Part shown: one piece after another, positions 11,346-24,499 of the stretch
How positions within the stretch are numbered: the stretch's first letter is position 1
Layout of the letters: each line of letters opens with the position of its first letter
Assembly (NCBI GenBank): GCA_964016885.1
Contig: OZ024740.1
Coordinates: 258,850,001 to 258,914,000 of the forward strand
DNA length: 64,000 nucleotides
Reading direction: 5' to 3'
From: Eledone cirrhosa
Lineage: Eukaryota
Program-made: the position numbers and the translations under genes
The notes under the pieces: generated by a model
What the model was told of the DNA's origin: nothing
The model's database searches: none
What the model saw: only the letters and a program-made list of their open reading frames with translations

Positions 11346-12890
11346 AGAGGCATTAACACCATATGGACTAACATCTGTGTCCAACGAAAACTGCCAAAGA
11401 AGGTAAAAAACAACATAATGACTCGAAACAGCAAACTACCCACCTTCTACCACCTGTTGAAAACCCATAAACAAGGACCCGATTTGAAAATCAGGCCCAT
11501 TGTCTCTAGCGTGGAGAGCCCACTTTACAAAATATCGTGGCTGCTCTCCACACTACTGAAACCCATTCTACACACACTACCAGCCCACGTCTGCAGCTCA
11601 AAGGAAGTCTTGGAGCGACTACACCATCTGGCGCCCAACACCAGAAAGGACAACGGATATGCCTTCAGTCTTGATGTGGTCGCCCTTTATACCTCCGTAC
11701 CAGCATCCCCAGCCGTCGACCTGTTGACCGAACGAGTCCGAGCATCTAACTTACACTGCTTCGGACTCACACACACGGACATCCACCAACTCCTCTCCTT
11801 CGTTGTGGATAATGCATTCTTCAATTTCCTCGGCCACACGTACAAACAGATCTCTGGGCTGCCTATGGGCTCTAGTCTGTCCGGCATACTTGCGATCTCG
11901 TACATGGACCACCTGGAACGCAAGGCACTCAACACCTGCCAACCCAACGCCGTCGCCTTCTACTCCAGATACGTTGATGACATACTGATACTCACTTCTT
12001 CCCGGGAGATGGCGCATGAAATTCACCAAATCTTCAACGACACTGACCATCACGTCGATTTCACCATTGAACACCCTGGAGAAGACGGGTCACTCGCCCT
12101 CCTCGACTTCCGTATCAACATCTCGGAAGAAGGAGACATAAACACCACCTTCTACCGCAAGGCAGCGTGCAAGGAGTTATTTGTGCATTACAACTCAGCC
12201 CTCCCCAACAACGCTAAGAGAGGCTATGTCCTAAATGAACTTACACGGATCACTAATAGATGCAGCGACCCGATGGGTGGTCTCACCCATACCACGCAAT
12301 TCCGTAATCTACTCAAGTCTAATGGATATCCCAAGCGACAAATTAACGGAATTAGAGACCCCAGACCCAATAGACAGACACCCACTAGAAACTTAGATAA
12401 AAGTAGGTGCTTCTTTAAAATCCCCCACCTGAGTGAATATACCACGAACGCCATCCGCAGGGCCATACGGAGGGAGGGACTTGACATACATTTGGCCCAC
12501 ACAGGACCTTCGCTCCGAAGATGCCTCTCCAACAAACCCGACGAGTCAGATGGGACGTGTTCCCTCAGCAACTGCCCGATACGGGGGGCAGATTGCCTAC
12601 GCACCTATGTCGTATATAAGATACAATGCGATAAATGTAACAAGTTTTACATAGGTAGCACCATCCGACCCCTACATGTTCGTATCAAGGAACATGTCAA
12701 CACCAACGCATCTTCCCTCCGTAAACACATCCTTAAATGCGGAAACCCACAGGGCAGACCCTTGGTCACAGTCCTAGTGACTGAACGCAGCATCGGATCC
12801 TTAAGGATAAAGAAAGCACTTGTTATTAAGAACCTCAGACCCCCACTTAACAACCGGTCTGAGAGAAATGATCTGACATGGCTAATTTAA
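11346..12890 (+). CDS. PLE reverse transcriptase + GIY-YIG endonuclease, N-terminally truncated (the ORF-track start at 11280 lies in unrelated repeat sequence)
   Basis: LPTFYHLLKTHK...IRPIVSS, FSLDVVALYTSVP, YKQISGLPMGSSLS, YVDD, TTFYRK, HYNSALP, Cys-rich linker, VVYKIQC..C..FYIGST.R.L..RIKEH. Confidence 0.93.
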   Translation, partial: RGINTIWTNICVQRKLPKKVKNNIMTRNSKLPTFYHLLKTHKQGPDLKIRPIVSSVESPLYKISWLLSTLLKPILHTLPAHVCSSKEVLERLHHLAPNTRKDNGYAFSLDVVALYTSVPASPAVDLLTERVRASNLHCFGLTHTDIHQLLSFVVDNAFFNFLGHTYKQISGLPMGSSLSGILAISYMDHLERKALNTCQPNAVAFYSRYVDDILILTSSREMAHEIHQIFNDTDHHVDFTIEHPGEDGSLALLDFRINISEEGDINTTFYRKAACKELFVHYNSALPNNAKRGYVLNELTRITNRCSDPMGGLTHTTQFRNLLKSNGYPKRQINGIRDPRPNRQTPTRNLDKSRCFFKIPHLSEYTTNAIRRAIRREGLDIHLAHTGPSLRRCLSNKPDESDGTCSLSNCPIRGADCLRTYVVYKIQCDKCNKFYIGSTIRPLHVRIKEHVNTNASSLRKHILKCGNPQGRPLVTVLVTERSIGSLRIKKALVIKNLRPPLNNRSERNDLTWLI

Positions 12891-13324
12891 CCATAGTGAC
12901 CAGTAACAGCCCCTACGGCCTACTATCTTTCACACACACGCACTTATATGTATACCCATACACATACACACATACATCTATATTTATACACGCACACATG
13001 TTTATACAACCTACCACCTTTCACACCCTTTGATTTCCAGCTTCTACGGCCCACTATCATTCACACACACACACTCACATACATACACACATACACATAT
13101 ACACACACAGTTACATACACATATATATTTACACACATATTTTACGGCTTTCACACGCTAGCGCACCCTATTGATTTAACCCAATTGGTCAGTAGCTTTT
13201 GCCACAGTCTATCACGCGCACGCGCATTCTTTCCCTCGTTTGAATTTTCCCCATAACGGCATTCCTATGTTTTAACGACAATACAACTTTCTCCGGCTTA
13301 GCCTCCCCCCCCCCTTTTGGAACT

Positions 13325-13361
13325 TTCCCCCGTTGATGGGCGTGAGCCCGAAATATTTGGA
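13325..13361 (+). ncRNA. Degenerate hammerhead remnant in the PLE 3' UTR
   Basis: CCGTTGA t gggc-gtga-gccc GAAA tat TT gga. The core differs from CTGATGA at two positions. Confidence 0.4.
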
Positions 13362-13500
13362 TTAAATCTCCACTACGGTAACCCTTCTACCTTTGTTTTG
13401 TTTTCATTTTCGTTTCTCTCAATTTTCACTTTTCTCCTATTTCTCACTCACTTCCTACCTCGAGATTTCCCATCTGCATTGTTGTGGCTTTGTAAACTAC

Positions 13501-13561
<61 letters not shown>

Positions 13562-13623
13562 CCTTATCGAGCCCTCTTTGGATTTTAGTCTTCAAATTTA
13601 TTATTATTACTATATATATATAT

Positions 13624-13668
<45 letters not shown>

Positions 13669-13797
13669 AAGTTATATTTAAAATTGTTGGGTTACAACTA
13701 GTAAATATTTATAACTGATATAAAAGCACTCGACAAATATTTGGAATATATTTACAATATTAAATAAATGGAAAACTATATTTATAAAACCATATTT

Positions 13798-13861
13798 ATT
13801 TCATTATATATATTTCGGGGATATCATATTAACAATATGTTATGCCTTCATCAGACAAAAT
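13798..13861 (-). ncRNA. Type-I hammerhead, family B
   Basis: attttgt CTGATGA [stem II region] GAAA tatata TA atgaaat. Confidence 0.75.
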
Positions 13862-13995
13862 ACAATATAAACAGTTTTATAGATAAATATATTCGACATA
13901 CCGTAATAAACATCAACTTCATTTGAAGAGCAGTGAAAATACAGAGAGAAAGAAAGAGAGAAAGAAAAGAGGGAAAAAAGAACTAGGAACATAAT

Positions 13996-14658
13996 TTGGT
14001 TTGCCCCCCCCCTTTCTCACTAAACATTAAAACCCACATCGCTAAATTATTTTTCAAAGCTCTTGATAATCGCTTCCCTAGAACACATAGGTATCACTCA
14101 ATCTTCAATAGGCATACAATTAAATTAACCTACTCATCCACCAAAAATTTAGCACAAAATATTAATAGAATAAATAATAGGAACTTAAAACCTACTGATA
14201 ATAGCATAAATAATATACAAGTTAACAAATGTAACTGTAGAGATAGATCTAAATGTCCGTTAAATAACAACTGCTTAGTTAAAAATATAGTATACAATTG
14301 TAATGTTAATACTGACTCTAATTCTTTTAACTACGTCGGTTCCACATCGACGGAATTTAAACTTCGCTATAATAACCACAAGAATTCTTTCACAGATCCA
14401 AATAAAAAATCTTCAACGGCACTATCAGGGGTACTCTGGCAACTTAAGCTAGATAACGTTAGATATTCGACGGCTTGGAATATAGTCTCAAGAGGGATTC
14501 CTTTTAATTCATCCTCTGAGACATGTGACCTCTGCGCAGAGGAGATATTCTTTATACTAAAATCTAAAAATTCTCTTAACCTACGGACAAATTTATTCAG
14601 TTGTTGCAAACATAGATTAAACTCAACGTTTAAATATAAATTTAAATTTAAAATGTAG
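13996..14658 (+). CDS. PLE linker + GIY-YIG endonuclease fragment (Naiad-like), no RT
   Basis: PPFSLNIKT..FP..H.YHSIFNR, CNCRDRSKCPL (CxCx5C), IVY..YVGST..FKLRYNNH, CDLC..E, CKHR. Confidence 0.85.
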   Translation: MVCPPPFSLNIKTHIAKLFFKALDNRFPRTHRYHSIFNRHTIKLTYSSTKNLAQNINRINNRNLKPTDNSINNIQVNKCNCRDRSKCPLNNNCLVKNIVYNCNVNTDSNSFNYVGSTSTEFKLRYNNHKNSFTDPNKKSSTALSGVLWQLKLDNVRYSTAWNIVSRGIPFNSSSETCDLCAEEIFFILKSKNSLNLRTNLFSCCKHRLNSTFKYKFKFKM

Positions 14659-15900
14659 TATATTTAGTTTGATTTATATTTATATGAGAACTAGCCGATT
14701 AATCTTTTGATTCCTAAATCTTTGATTCCCTCTTTTTACTCTTTCTATTGTTTATTTTATTTTATTTATTTTTATTTTTTATTTTTTTATTTTTTTATTT
14801 TTTTATTTTTTATTTTTTATTTTTTTTTTTATTATTTTTTATCTAAACATTCCTCATGAAAAATTAAGCTACCCTAAAAGCCGATGCTCCAAAATTTTTT
14901 TTTTTTTTTTTGAATTAACCTTACACTAGATAAACTTCTATATTAAATATAGGAACTTATGTAGACATTATTGGACATCATAATCTTTTTTTGCGATATT
15001 CTTTGCTAGATGTGATTTGATAGATAATTTTTGGCTTTGTCTTGTAATGAACTTGGCAATATATTGTCAATTAACTTTGAAGGGTTGTTCTTTGTGGTTT
15101 ATTTTTATTTTATTTTTATTTTTATTTTTATTTTTATTTTTATTTTTATTTTTATTTATATTTATTTTTATTTTTATTTATTTATTTTTATTTTTATTTT
15201 TATTTTTATTCTTTTAGTATTGTAGTATTCTATAATATTTTTATTTTTATTTTATTTATTTTTTTATTTTATTTTATTTTATTTTATTTTTAATATTTTT
15301 ATATGTAAATTTTTAATACGTAATATTTTTTAATACGTAGTATTTTAATATGCAATATTTTTATTATGTAATATTCTTTCGTAATATATTTTTTTTTTTT
15401 TTTTTTTTTTAGTTTTCTATTCTATATTTTTATATATTTTTACATATTATTATTATTATTGTTATCTTTGTTTATAATATAATATATATTTTCGATTAGT
15501 ATATTGAAATCTGCTCTCTATTTCTGCTTGATAGATAATCTTGTAGAGTAATCGCAAGAATAATAATACGCTCAAATTTTTATACCACACTGAGAATGTT
15601 TTCCGGTAACTAAAAGTTTGCAGAGTGAATCAGTTGGATTCACATTGATGTTTGTAGCTGTCACATAAACATATGAATTTTTTAAAACTAAACATAAGAT
15701 AATGAATTTTCACACATTGTGAATACTTGTTTCATTCAGGAATACTGATATTTACAATATAGTGTAAGTTTTATAAATACTAATACATTAAAACATAGGG
15801 TTTTCTACGCCTCGAATATGTCTGGCTATTTTTAAATTTTTTTCTCTCTCTATATCTCTCTACATCTCTCTATATATCTCCCTTACATTAATACTTGAGC

Positions 15901-15939
<39 letters not shown>

Positions 15940-16300
15940 ATGTATCATTGATACACTTACTCAAAATGACCTCCCACTACCTAATTTTCTATATATATAT
16001 ATGTATCTATCCCTATTTCCTCTCTCTCTATATATATATATATCTTTCTGTCTCTTTACATGAAGCTCTTCGCTTTATCTATTTTTCCATCTCTCTATTT
16101 TGTCCCATGCATTTCTTCTTTTTCTTTTTCTTCTTTTTCTTCCTCTTCTTCGTTTTGTCTTTCTTTCTTTCTTTTTTCCCTCTTTTCTTTCTCTCTTTCT
16201 TTCTCTCTGTATTTTCACTGCTAGAGTAAACCTCTTCAAATGAAGTTGATGTTTATTACGGTATGTCGAATATATTTATCTATAAAACTGTTTATATTGT

Positions 16301-16364
16301 ATTTTGTCTGATGAAGGCATAACATATTGTTAATATGATATCCCCGAAATATATATAATGAAAT
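16301..16364 (+). ncRNA. Type-I hammerhead, family B
   Basis: attttgt CTGATGA agg...ccc GAAA tatata TA atgaaat. 7-bp stem I with two GU pairs. Confidence 0.78.
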
Positions 16365-16403
16365 AAATATGGTTTTATAAATATAGTTTTCCATTTATTT
16401 AAT

Positions 16404-16489
<86 letters not shown>

Positions 16490-16516
16490 AATATATATGT
16501 ATATATATAAATATAT

Positions 16517-16549
<33 letters not shown>

Positions 16550-16553
16550 AATA

Positions 16554-16611
<58 letters not shown>

Positions 16612-16735
16612 TATTTAATTTGTTGGGATCCAACAAGCTTAAAAGTTTTATAACTGATATAAAGCACTCAACAAGTTACCGGAGTAAATATTCAATATAG
16701 TAATAAATCGAAACTATATTTATAAAACCATAATT

Positions 16736-16798
16736 ATTTTATTATATATATTTCAAGGGCAACCAAGGCAGTTTTGGTGCGCTTTCATCAGATAAAAT
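16736..16798 (-). ncRNA. Type-I hammerhead, family B variant (element about 16606-16830)
   Basis: attttat CTGATGA aag...ctt GAAA tatata TA ataaaat. Perfect stem I, covarying relative to the 16301 copy. Confidence 0.8.
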
Positions 16799-17175
16799 AT
16801 AAAATTTGTTTTATAAATGTTGACATACCCTTAGAAAAACAACCTTGACGGTTGAAGGTTCGCGATAGCACTAAACCACCAACGAATCCTTATAAGAACA
16901 CTTACTCAAAAACTACTACTATGTACTTACACGCTCTCACTTATTTATTTCTTTATATTTTCCTTTTTCTCATTTTCTTATTTTTTAATGTACCCTATCT
17001 TAAATTTTACTTTTTACTTTTTACATCTGTAACTTCTCTACCTATTTACCATACATGTTTTATTATTGATGTTATTGTTTTGATTATACGCTATTTTATT
17101 ATTGTAGTTATTGTTTTGATTATACGCTATTTTTCTATATAATTCTTGCCTCGAGTGAATTACTTTCATATCTAC

Positions 17176-17286
17176 GTACTCTGATGGGTTGACCAGAGGT
17201 AAATAATGAATTGTAGATCGAATGACGCAACCTCAAGCGATTAGCGTACTCTAGACTTACCTGATCAATGAAACAATTGTCAGTAC
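17176..17286 (+). ncRNA. Type-I hammerhead with long stem II insertion
   Basis: gtact CTGATGG gttgaccag...ctgatcaat GAAA caattg TC agtac (A9 changed to G). Confidence 0.65.
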
Positions 17287-17501
17287 TTTAAATAAAGCCT
17301 CTTATTGTTCAGCCAACCATGTTACTGTTCATTCTTTAACTATTATTACTCCAAGTATAACCTGCATAGAAATTACTGCGAACTTGCTGCATAACTATGG
17401 AAGCATCTTGTTGAGTCAAACAAAACCGTACGTTAAAACTATCCACAACGCAGAGTACTCACAACCTCAAACTGGATTACCTATAACGATAACTGGTTAT
17501 C

Positions 17502-18585
<1,084 letters not shown>

Positions 18586-18587
<2 letters not shown>

Positions 18588-18868
18588 ATATTAAACAAAT
18601 GGAAACTATATTTATAAAACCATATTTATTTCATTATACATATTTCGGGGATACCATATTAAAAATATGGCATGCCTTCGTCAGATAAAATACAATATAT
18701 AAACAGTTTTATAAATAATTTTGACGTACCAGAAATATGAGCGACCATTATGTAGGAAGCTGGTTTGGTAGTTTAATATCGTATATCTACTCCAAAAACT
18801 TGTCGAGTGCTTTATATCATTTATAAAATATTTACTTGTTGTAACCCAACAATTTTAAATAAAACTTT

Positions 18869-18872
<4 letters not shown>
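18586..18872. mobile_element. Family B remnant: minus-strand HHR arm (HHR 18628-18691) plus plus-strand tail (18775-18872)
   Basis: CTGACGA...GAAA tatgta TA. Similar to 13666-13900. Confidence 0.7.
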
Positions 18873-18905
<33 letters not shown>

Positions 18906-18938
18906 TAACTCGTGTGCTCCCTCTCCACATTTTATTAT

Positions 18939-19031
<93 letters not shown>

Positions 19032-19189
19032 TATATAGAGATATAGATATACATACATACGCACAAACAAATATACATAAATACATACATACATACATAC
19101 ATACATACATACATACATACATACATACATACATACATACATACATACATACATACATACATACATACATACATACATACATACATACA

Positions 19190-19660
19190 TAAGGAGAATA
19201 TTTATGCAGAACTGATGAGAAATCTGCAGATACTCCACCCTGGTTACACCTTCAGATTTATGCCTGTGATTATTGGAGCACTGGGGTATGCTAGTAACTG
19301 CCTCAATAAATATCTTGAGAAGCTAGGCTTCACAGGAACAGAAAGAACACAACTAGTTAGGAAATTACAAGTACAATCCAATAATGGAACAGTATAAATA
19401 TGTAAAACATTCCAGATATGTTGCATCTAATAACTGCATATACACATGTACAGATACAAAGCATATTTACATGCACACATACAACTCAAAAGATTCACAT
19501 CCACACATACAATAACATACATATCTACACATGCATGCATACATACATATCTACCTAGTTGATGTTGTGTAAATTCCAATGAGAGAGTCTTGTGTCTATG
19601 TTAGAAAGCGACTCTCTCTCTATTGGTAAAACTTTGTGAAATTATAAAACCAGAAGCACA
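19190..19660 (+). mobile_element. 3' fragment of an RLE-type (R4/Dong-like) non-LTR retrotransposon in (TACA)n
   Basis: ORF 19215-19397 contains MPVIIGALGY, typical of restriction-like endonuclease C-termini. The 3' UTR recurs at 40010-40258. Confidence 0.65.
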
Positions 19661-20350
19661 TACATGCAGTTGGACAGTCACTTAGAGGAAGGGAAAGGGA
19701 AAGAAAGGGAGATATGTGCATATGCGTGTGTGCCTAATATTCTCCGATTAGTAAACTCTAGTATTTACCCTAAAGTAGAGGGACCGCACCCTAGACATTT
19801 ACATCACTTTACACTCTACTGCGATTGATGTGGTTGACGTACAATTTAACTTCATATGGGCAACGTGTATTTGGAAATTATGGACAAGAAGAGAATTCCA
19901 TGGGCAGAATACTTAGGGTAGAAACAATAGAAAAAGTGTTCAACCTAAGTCAAGTAGAACTGTGATCAAAGACAATTCATCGTTGACAATCTCGTATCTT
20001 ATGGATATCTACATCAATATCATCTAAGTAGTTCTCGGGGTGGTGTGATTTCAGGGACATTTTACAGCTAATGTTAGGAGTACTCATATACACAACAAAA
20101 TTGACAGTGCAGGCAGGACGTGTTCCTGGATTCAGAACTTTCCAGTTTAGAGAAATTCACATTATCATCCTACCCTATTCTACCTTTGAAGGACCCCCTG
20201 GAGGGACTATTTGATGACGCTACCCCTACCACTCTCTCAAGCTGGGACAATCGTCGTCGAAATCGATGAAGGTCTAACAGCAATAAGATTGTTCAACTTA
20301 TTTACTTACTTTAATACAGAGACTAAGATGAGTTACTAGTTCTGACATAT

Positions 20351-20568
20351 GGACGGTGGCTTGGCAGTATCGGTAGAGCGTCGGACACCTTGCTTTGTGG
20401 CATATAGTAACGTCCCTTCTCTTTCTGAGTTCAAATTCCACCGAGTTTAGCTTTACCTTCCATCACTTTGGGGCCGATAAAATAAATACCATCAACGTAC
20501 TGGTGTCGATTTAATCGACTTTCTTCTCCTACAACATTCTTGGCTTCGTGCTTAAGTCAGACAGCATT
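20351..20568 (+). mobile_element. tRNA-derived SINE (family S1), diverged
   Basis: A-box TGGCAGTATCGG, B-box GAGTTCAAATT, core CTTCCATC..GGGGCCGATAAAATAAATACC. Confidence 0.8.
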
Positions 20569-20731
20569 TATACTTTCAATTTATCTTGAACACTTCAAAA
20601 ATATTTTCTACCGGCTCCCGCTTTTTGTACTCAACGATTTTCGAGTTTTATTTTAGTTCTGTCATCTAATATATGTCTGTCATATATGCCCACACATACA
20701 TATATAGATCTATATATGTATTATATTTAAT

Positions 20732-20838
<107 letters not shown>

Positions 20839-21052
20839 CTCCAGGATCTGTTGAGTGCTCTAAATCTGTTATAAACATTTATATTTATATTTGTCGGATT
20901 TCCAACGAATTAAATATCCCTTCTACTTATATATATATAAAAAGGAACGATCGAGTTTCGGCAAATCGGACCGAGGAAACAATGTTTCCATTGATCTTTC
21001 CAATTGCAAATACTATCTATCGGTGGCAATTCCAGATAGAAGAAGCAACGTG

Positions 21053-21091
<39 letters not shown>

Positions 21092-21355
21092 GGCCTTTTC
21101 TCATTTTCCAACCAACTAGATCTGTGATAAATGCCTGTGTCCCGTTCCCTTGATAGTATTAAAAGTTACACGCTTAGCACCTGACTTTTCTCTTTGGTGA
21201 TAACACTTAAGCACCCAACACCTTCCCACACAGACACAAGTGCTGAGTGAGATACTTTGATACAGTTACTGATATGGGGAGACAACTCCTCCTTTCCCGT
21301 CTGATCATTTGTTTTATACTCTCACACACACACACACATACACACACACACACTC

Positions 21356-21386
<31 letters not shown>

Positions 21387-21424
21387 TATGTGTCTATCTA
21401 TCTATCTCTCTCTCTATATATATC

Positions 21425-21474
<50 letters not shown>

Positions 21475-21594
21475 TATATGTGTGTGTATGCATGTGTATA
21501 TATACGCACAATTTATATATATATGTATGTATATATATATATATATATATATATTTGTGTGTGTGAATGTGTATGTGTGTATGTGTATACACAC

Positions 21595-21789
<195 letters not shown>

Positions 21790-22249
21790 GTATGTGTGTG
21801 TCGATGTGTATGTGTGTGTGGATGTGTATGTGTGTGCGTATGTGTGTGTGGATGTGTAAGTGTGTGTATGTGTGTGTGTGTGTGTATACACACAATATAT
21901 ATATATCTATGTATGTGTGTATATATATATATATATTTGTATGTGTGGATGCACACATTTTTCAGCGGCAAATTGTCTTCTCTCCCCGCTCCTGTCATCA
22001 CATCTCTACTCTTTTCAAACGAAATAGTAATCGTCGTTTTTGTTGTTGTTTTTAACGTTGTTGTAATTGTTATTATTTATTATTGCTGTTGCTTACGTGG
22101 CTCCTGCTTTTGTCGGTTGTTCTTCTTGTTGCTATTTTTTCATTGCTATAGTTATTCACATTTTGTCACTGCTCATATTGCTGCTATTGTTTGATGGTAT
22201 TCCGTGTTGTTGGTGCTATCGTTGCTATTGTTTTTATTTTCGTTGTCGT

Positions 22250-23725
22250 TGATGGTAGTGTTATTGTTGTTGTTGTTGGTGGTGGTGGTGTAGTGTTATT
22301 GTTGTTGTTGGTGGTGGTGGTGTAGTGTTATTGTTGTTGTTGGTGGTGGTGTAGTGTTATTGTTGTTGTTGGTGGTGGTGTAGTGTTATTGTTGTTGTTG
22401 GTGGTGGTAGTGTAGTAGTGTTATTGTTGGTGGTGGTGGTGGTGTAGTAGTGTTATTGTTGTTGGTGGTGGTGGTGGTGGTGTAGTGTTATTATTGTTGT
22501 TGTTGGCAGTGTTATTGTTGTTGGTGGTGGTGGTGGTGGTAGTGTAGTAGTGTTATTGTTGGTGGTGGTGGTGATGGTGGTGGTGGTGGTGGTGTGTTAT
22601 TGTTGGTGGTGGTGGTGGTGGTAGTGTTATTGTTGGTGGTGGTGGTGCTGGTGTAGTGTTATTATTGTTGTTGTTGTTGGTGGTGGTGTAGCAGTGTTAT
22701 TGTTGTTGGTGGTGGTGGTAGTGTTATTGTTGTTGGTGGTGGTGTAGTGTTATTGTTGTTGTTGATGGTGGTGGTGTTATTGTTGGTGGTGGTGGTATAG
22801 TGTTATTGTTGGTGGTGGTGGTGTAGTGTTATTGTTGTTGTTGATGGTGGTGGTGTTATTGTTGGTGGTGGTGGTATAGTGTTATTGTTGGTGGTGGTGG
22901 TGTAGTGTTATTGTTGTTGTTGATGGTGGTGGTGTTATTGTTGGTGGTGGTGGTATAGTGTTATTGTTGGTGCTGGTGGTGTAGTGTTATTGTTGGTGGC
23001 GGTGGTGTAGTGTTATTGTTGTTGTTGGTGGTGGTGGTGTAGTGTTATTGTTGGTGCTGGTGGTGTAGTGTTATTGTTGGTGGTGGTGGTGTAGTGTTAT
23101 TGTTGGTGCTGGTGGTGTAGTGTTATTGTTGGTGGTGGTGGTGTAGTGTTATTGTTGTTGTTGGTGGTGGTGGTGTAGTGTTATTGTTGGTGGTGTTGGT
23201 GGTAGTGTTATTGTTGTTGTTGGTGGTGGTGGTGTAGTGTTATTGTTGTTGGTGGTGGTGTAGCGTTATTGTTGTTGGTGGTGGTGTAGCGTTATTGTTG
23301 TTGGTGGTGGTGTAGTGTTATTGTTGGTGGTGTTGGTGGTAGTGTTATTGTTGTTGTTGTTGGTGGTGGTGTTATTGTTGTTGTTGTTGGTGGTGGTGTA
23401 GTGTTATTGTTTGTGGTGGTGGTGGTACTGTTATCGTTGGTGGTGGTGGTCGTGGTAGTGTCATTGTTGTTGGTCTTGGTGGTGGTGGTAGTGTTATTGT
23501 TGGTGTTGGTGGTGGTGGTGGTGGTGGTTGTGGTTGTATTGTTGGTGGTGGTGGTGGTGGTGGTGGTGGTGGTGGTGGTAGTGGTGGTGTTATTGTTGCT
23601 GGTGGTGCTAGTGGTATTGTTGGTGGTGGTGGTGGTAGTGTTATTGATGGTGGTGATGGTGTTAGTAGTGAAATTGTTGGTGGTGGTGTTGGAGATAGTG
23701 TTATTGTTGGTGGTGGTAGTAGTGC

Positions 23726-23756
<31 letters not shown>

Positions 23757-24345
23757 AGTAGTGTTATTGTTGTTGGTGATGGTGGTGGTAGTGATATTGT
23801 TGGTGGTGGTGGTGGTAGTAGTAGTGTTATTGTTGTAGTGGGTAGTGTAGTGTTAGTGTTATTGTTGGTGGTGGTGGTGGTGGTGGTGGTAGTGTTATTG
23901 TTGTTGTAGTGGGTAGTGTAGTGTTAGTGTTGTTGTTGTTGGTGGTGGTGGTGGTGGTGGTGGTGGTGGTGGTGGTTGTGTTATTGTTGTTGTAGTGGCT
24001 AGTGTAGTGTTAGTGTTGTTGCTGTTGTTGGTGGTGGTGGTGGTGGTGGTGGTGGTGGTGGTGGTGGTGGTGGTGGTAGTGTTATTGTTGTTGTAGTGGG
24101 TAGTGTAGTGTTAGTGTTATTGTTGGTGGTGGTGGTCGTGGTGGTGGTGGTGGTAGTGGTGGTAGTGTTATTGTTGTTGTAGTGGGTAGTGTATTGTTAG
24201 TGGTGGTGGTGGTGGTGGTGGTGGTGGTGGTGGTGGTGGTGGTGCTGATGTTATTGTTGTTGTAGTGGGTAGTGTAGTGTAAGTGTTGTTGTTGGTGGTG
24301 GTGGTGGTGGTGGTGGTGGTGGTAGTGTTATTGTTGTTGTTGATG
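22250..24345. repeat. (GGT/TGT)n-derived cryptic minisatellite (gtagtgttattgttgttggtggtggt-like units)
   Basis: Directly visible. Confidence 0.9.
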
Positions 24346-24499
24346 GCTGTGTTTTTTATGGTGTTATTGTTGGTGATGTTGCTGTTATTGTCTTTATTGT
24401 TGTTTTTTCTTGTTGTAGCTGTTCTTTTTGCTATTGTCTAATTGCTGTTAGTCTTATTTTTGTTGTTTTCTGCTTGCTGCTGTTGTTAGATTTGTTTTT

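Larger units (their letters stand above)
11346..13500 (+). mobile_element. 5'-truncated Penelope-like retroelement (RT + C-terminal GIY-YIG)
   Basis: Open ORF to 12890, CA-rich 3' UTR, degenerate HHR at 13325-13361, ends at (TA)n. Confidence 0.9.
13666..16410 (+). mobile_element. 5'-truncated PLE family B with inverted 3'-end copy (about 13750-13950 versus 16200-16410; the tail 13666-13750 is on the inverted arm only)
   Basis: Inverted repeat arms each carrying an HHR, internal GIY-YIG ORF, (TA)n flanks. Confidence 0.85.

Noticed and set aside
15585-15628. HHR-like CTGAGAA...TAAA
   Set aside because: Too degenerate (GAAA and UH missing).
20181-20275. Possible hammerhead (TTGAAGG/TTGATGA...GAAAtcgaTG)
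   Set aside because: Core and cleavage triplet are both non-canonical, and there is no second copy to confirm it.
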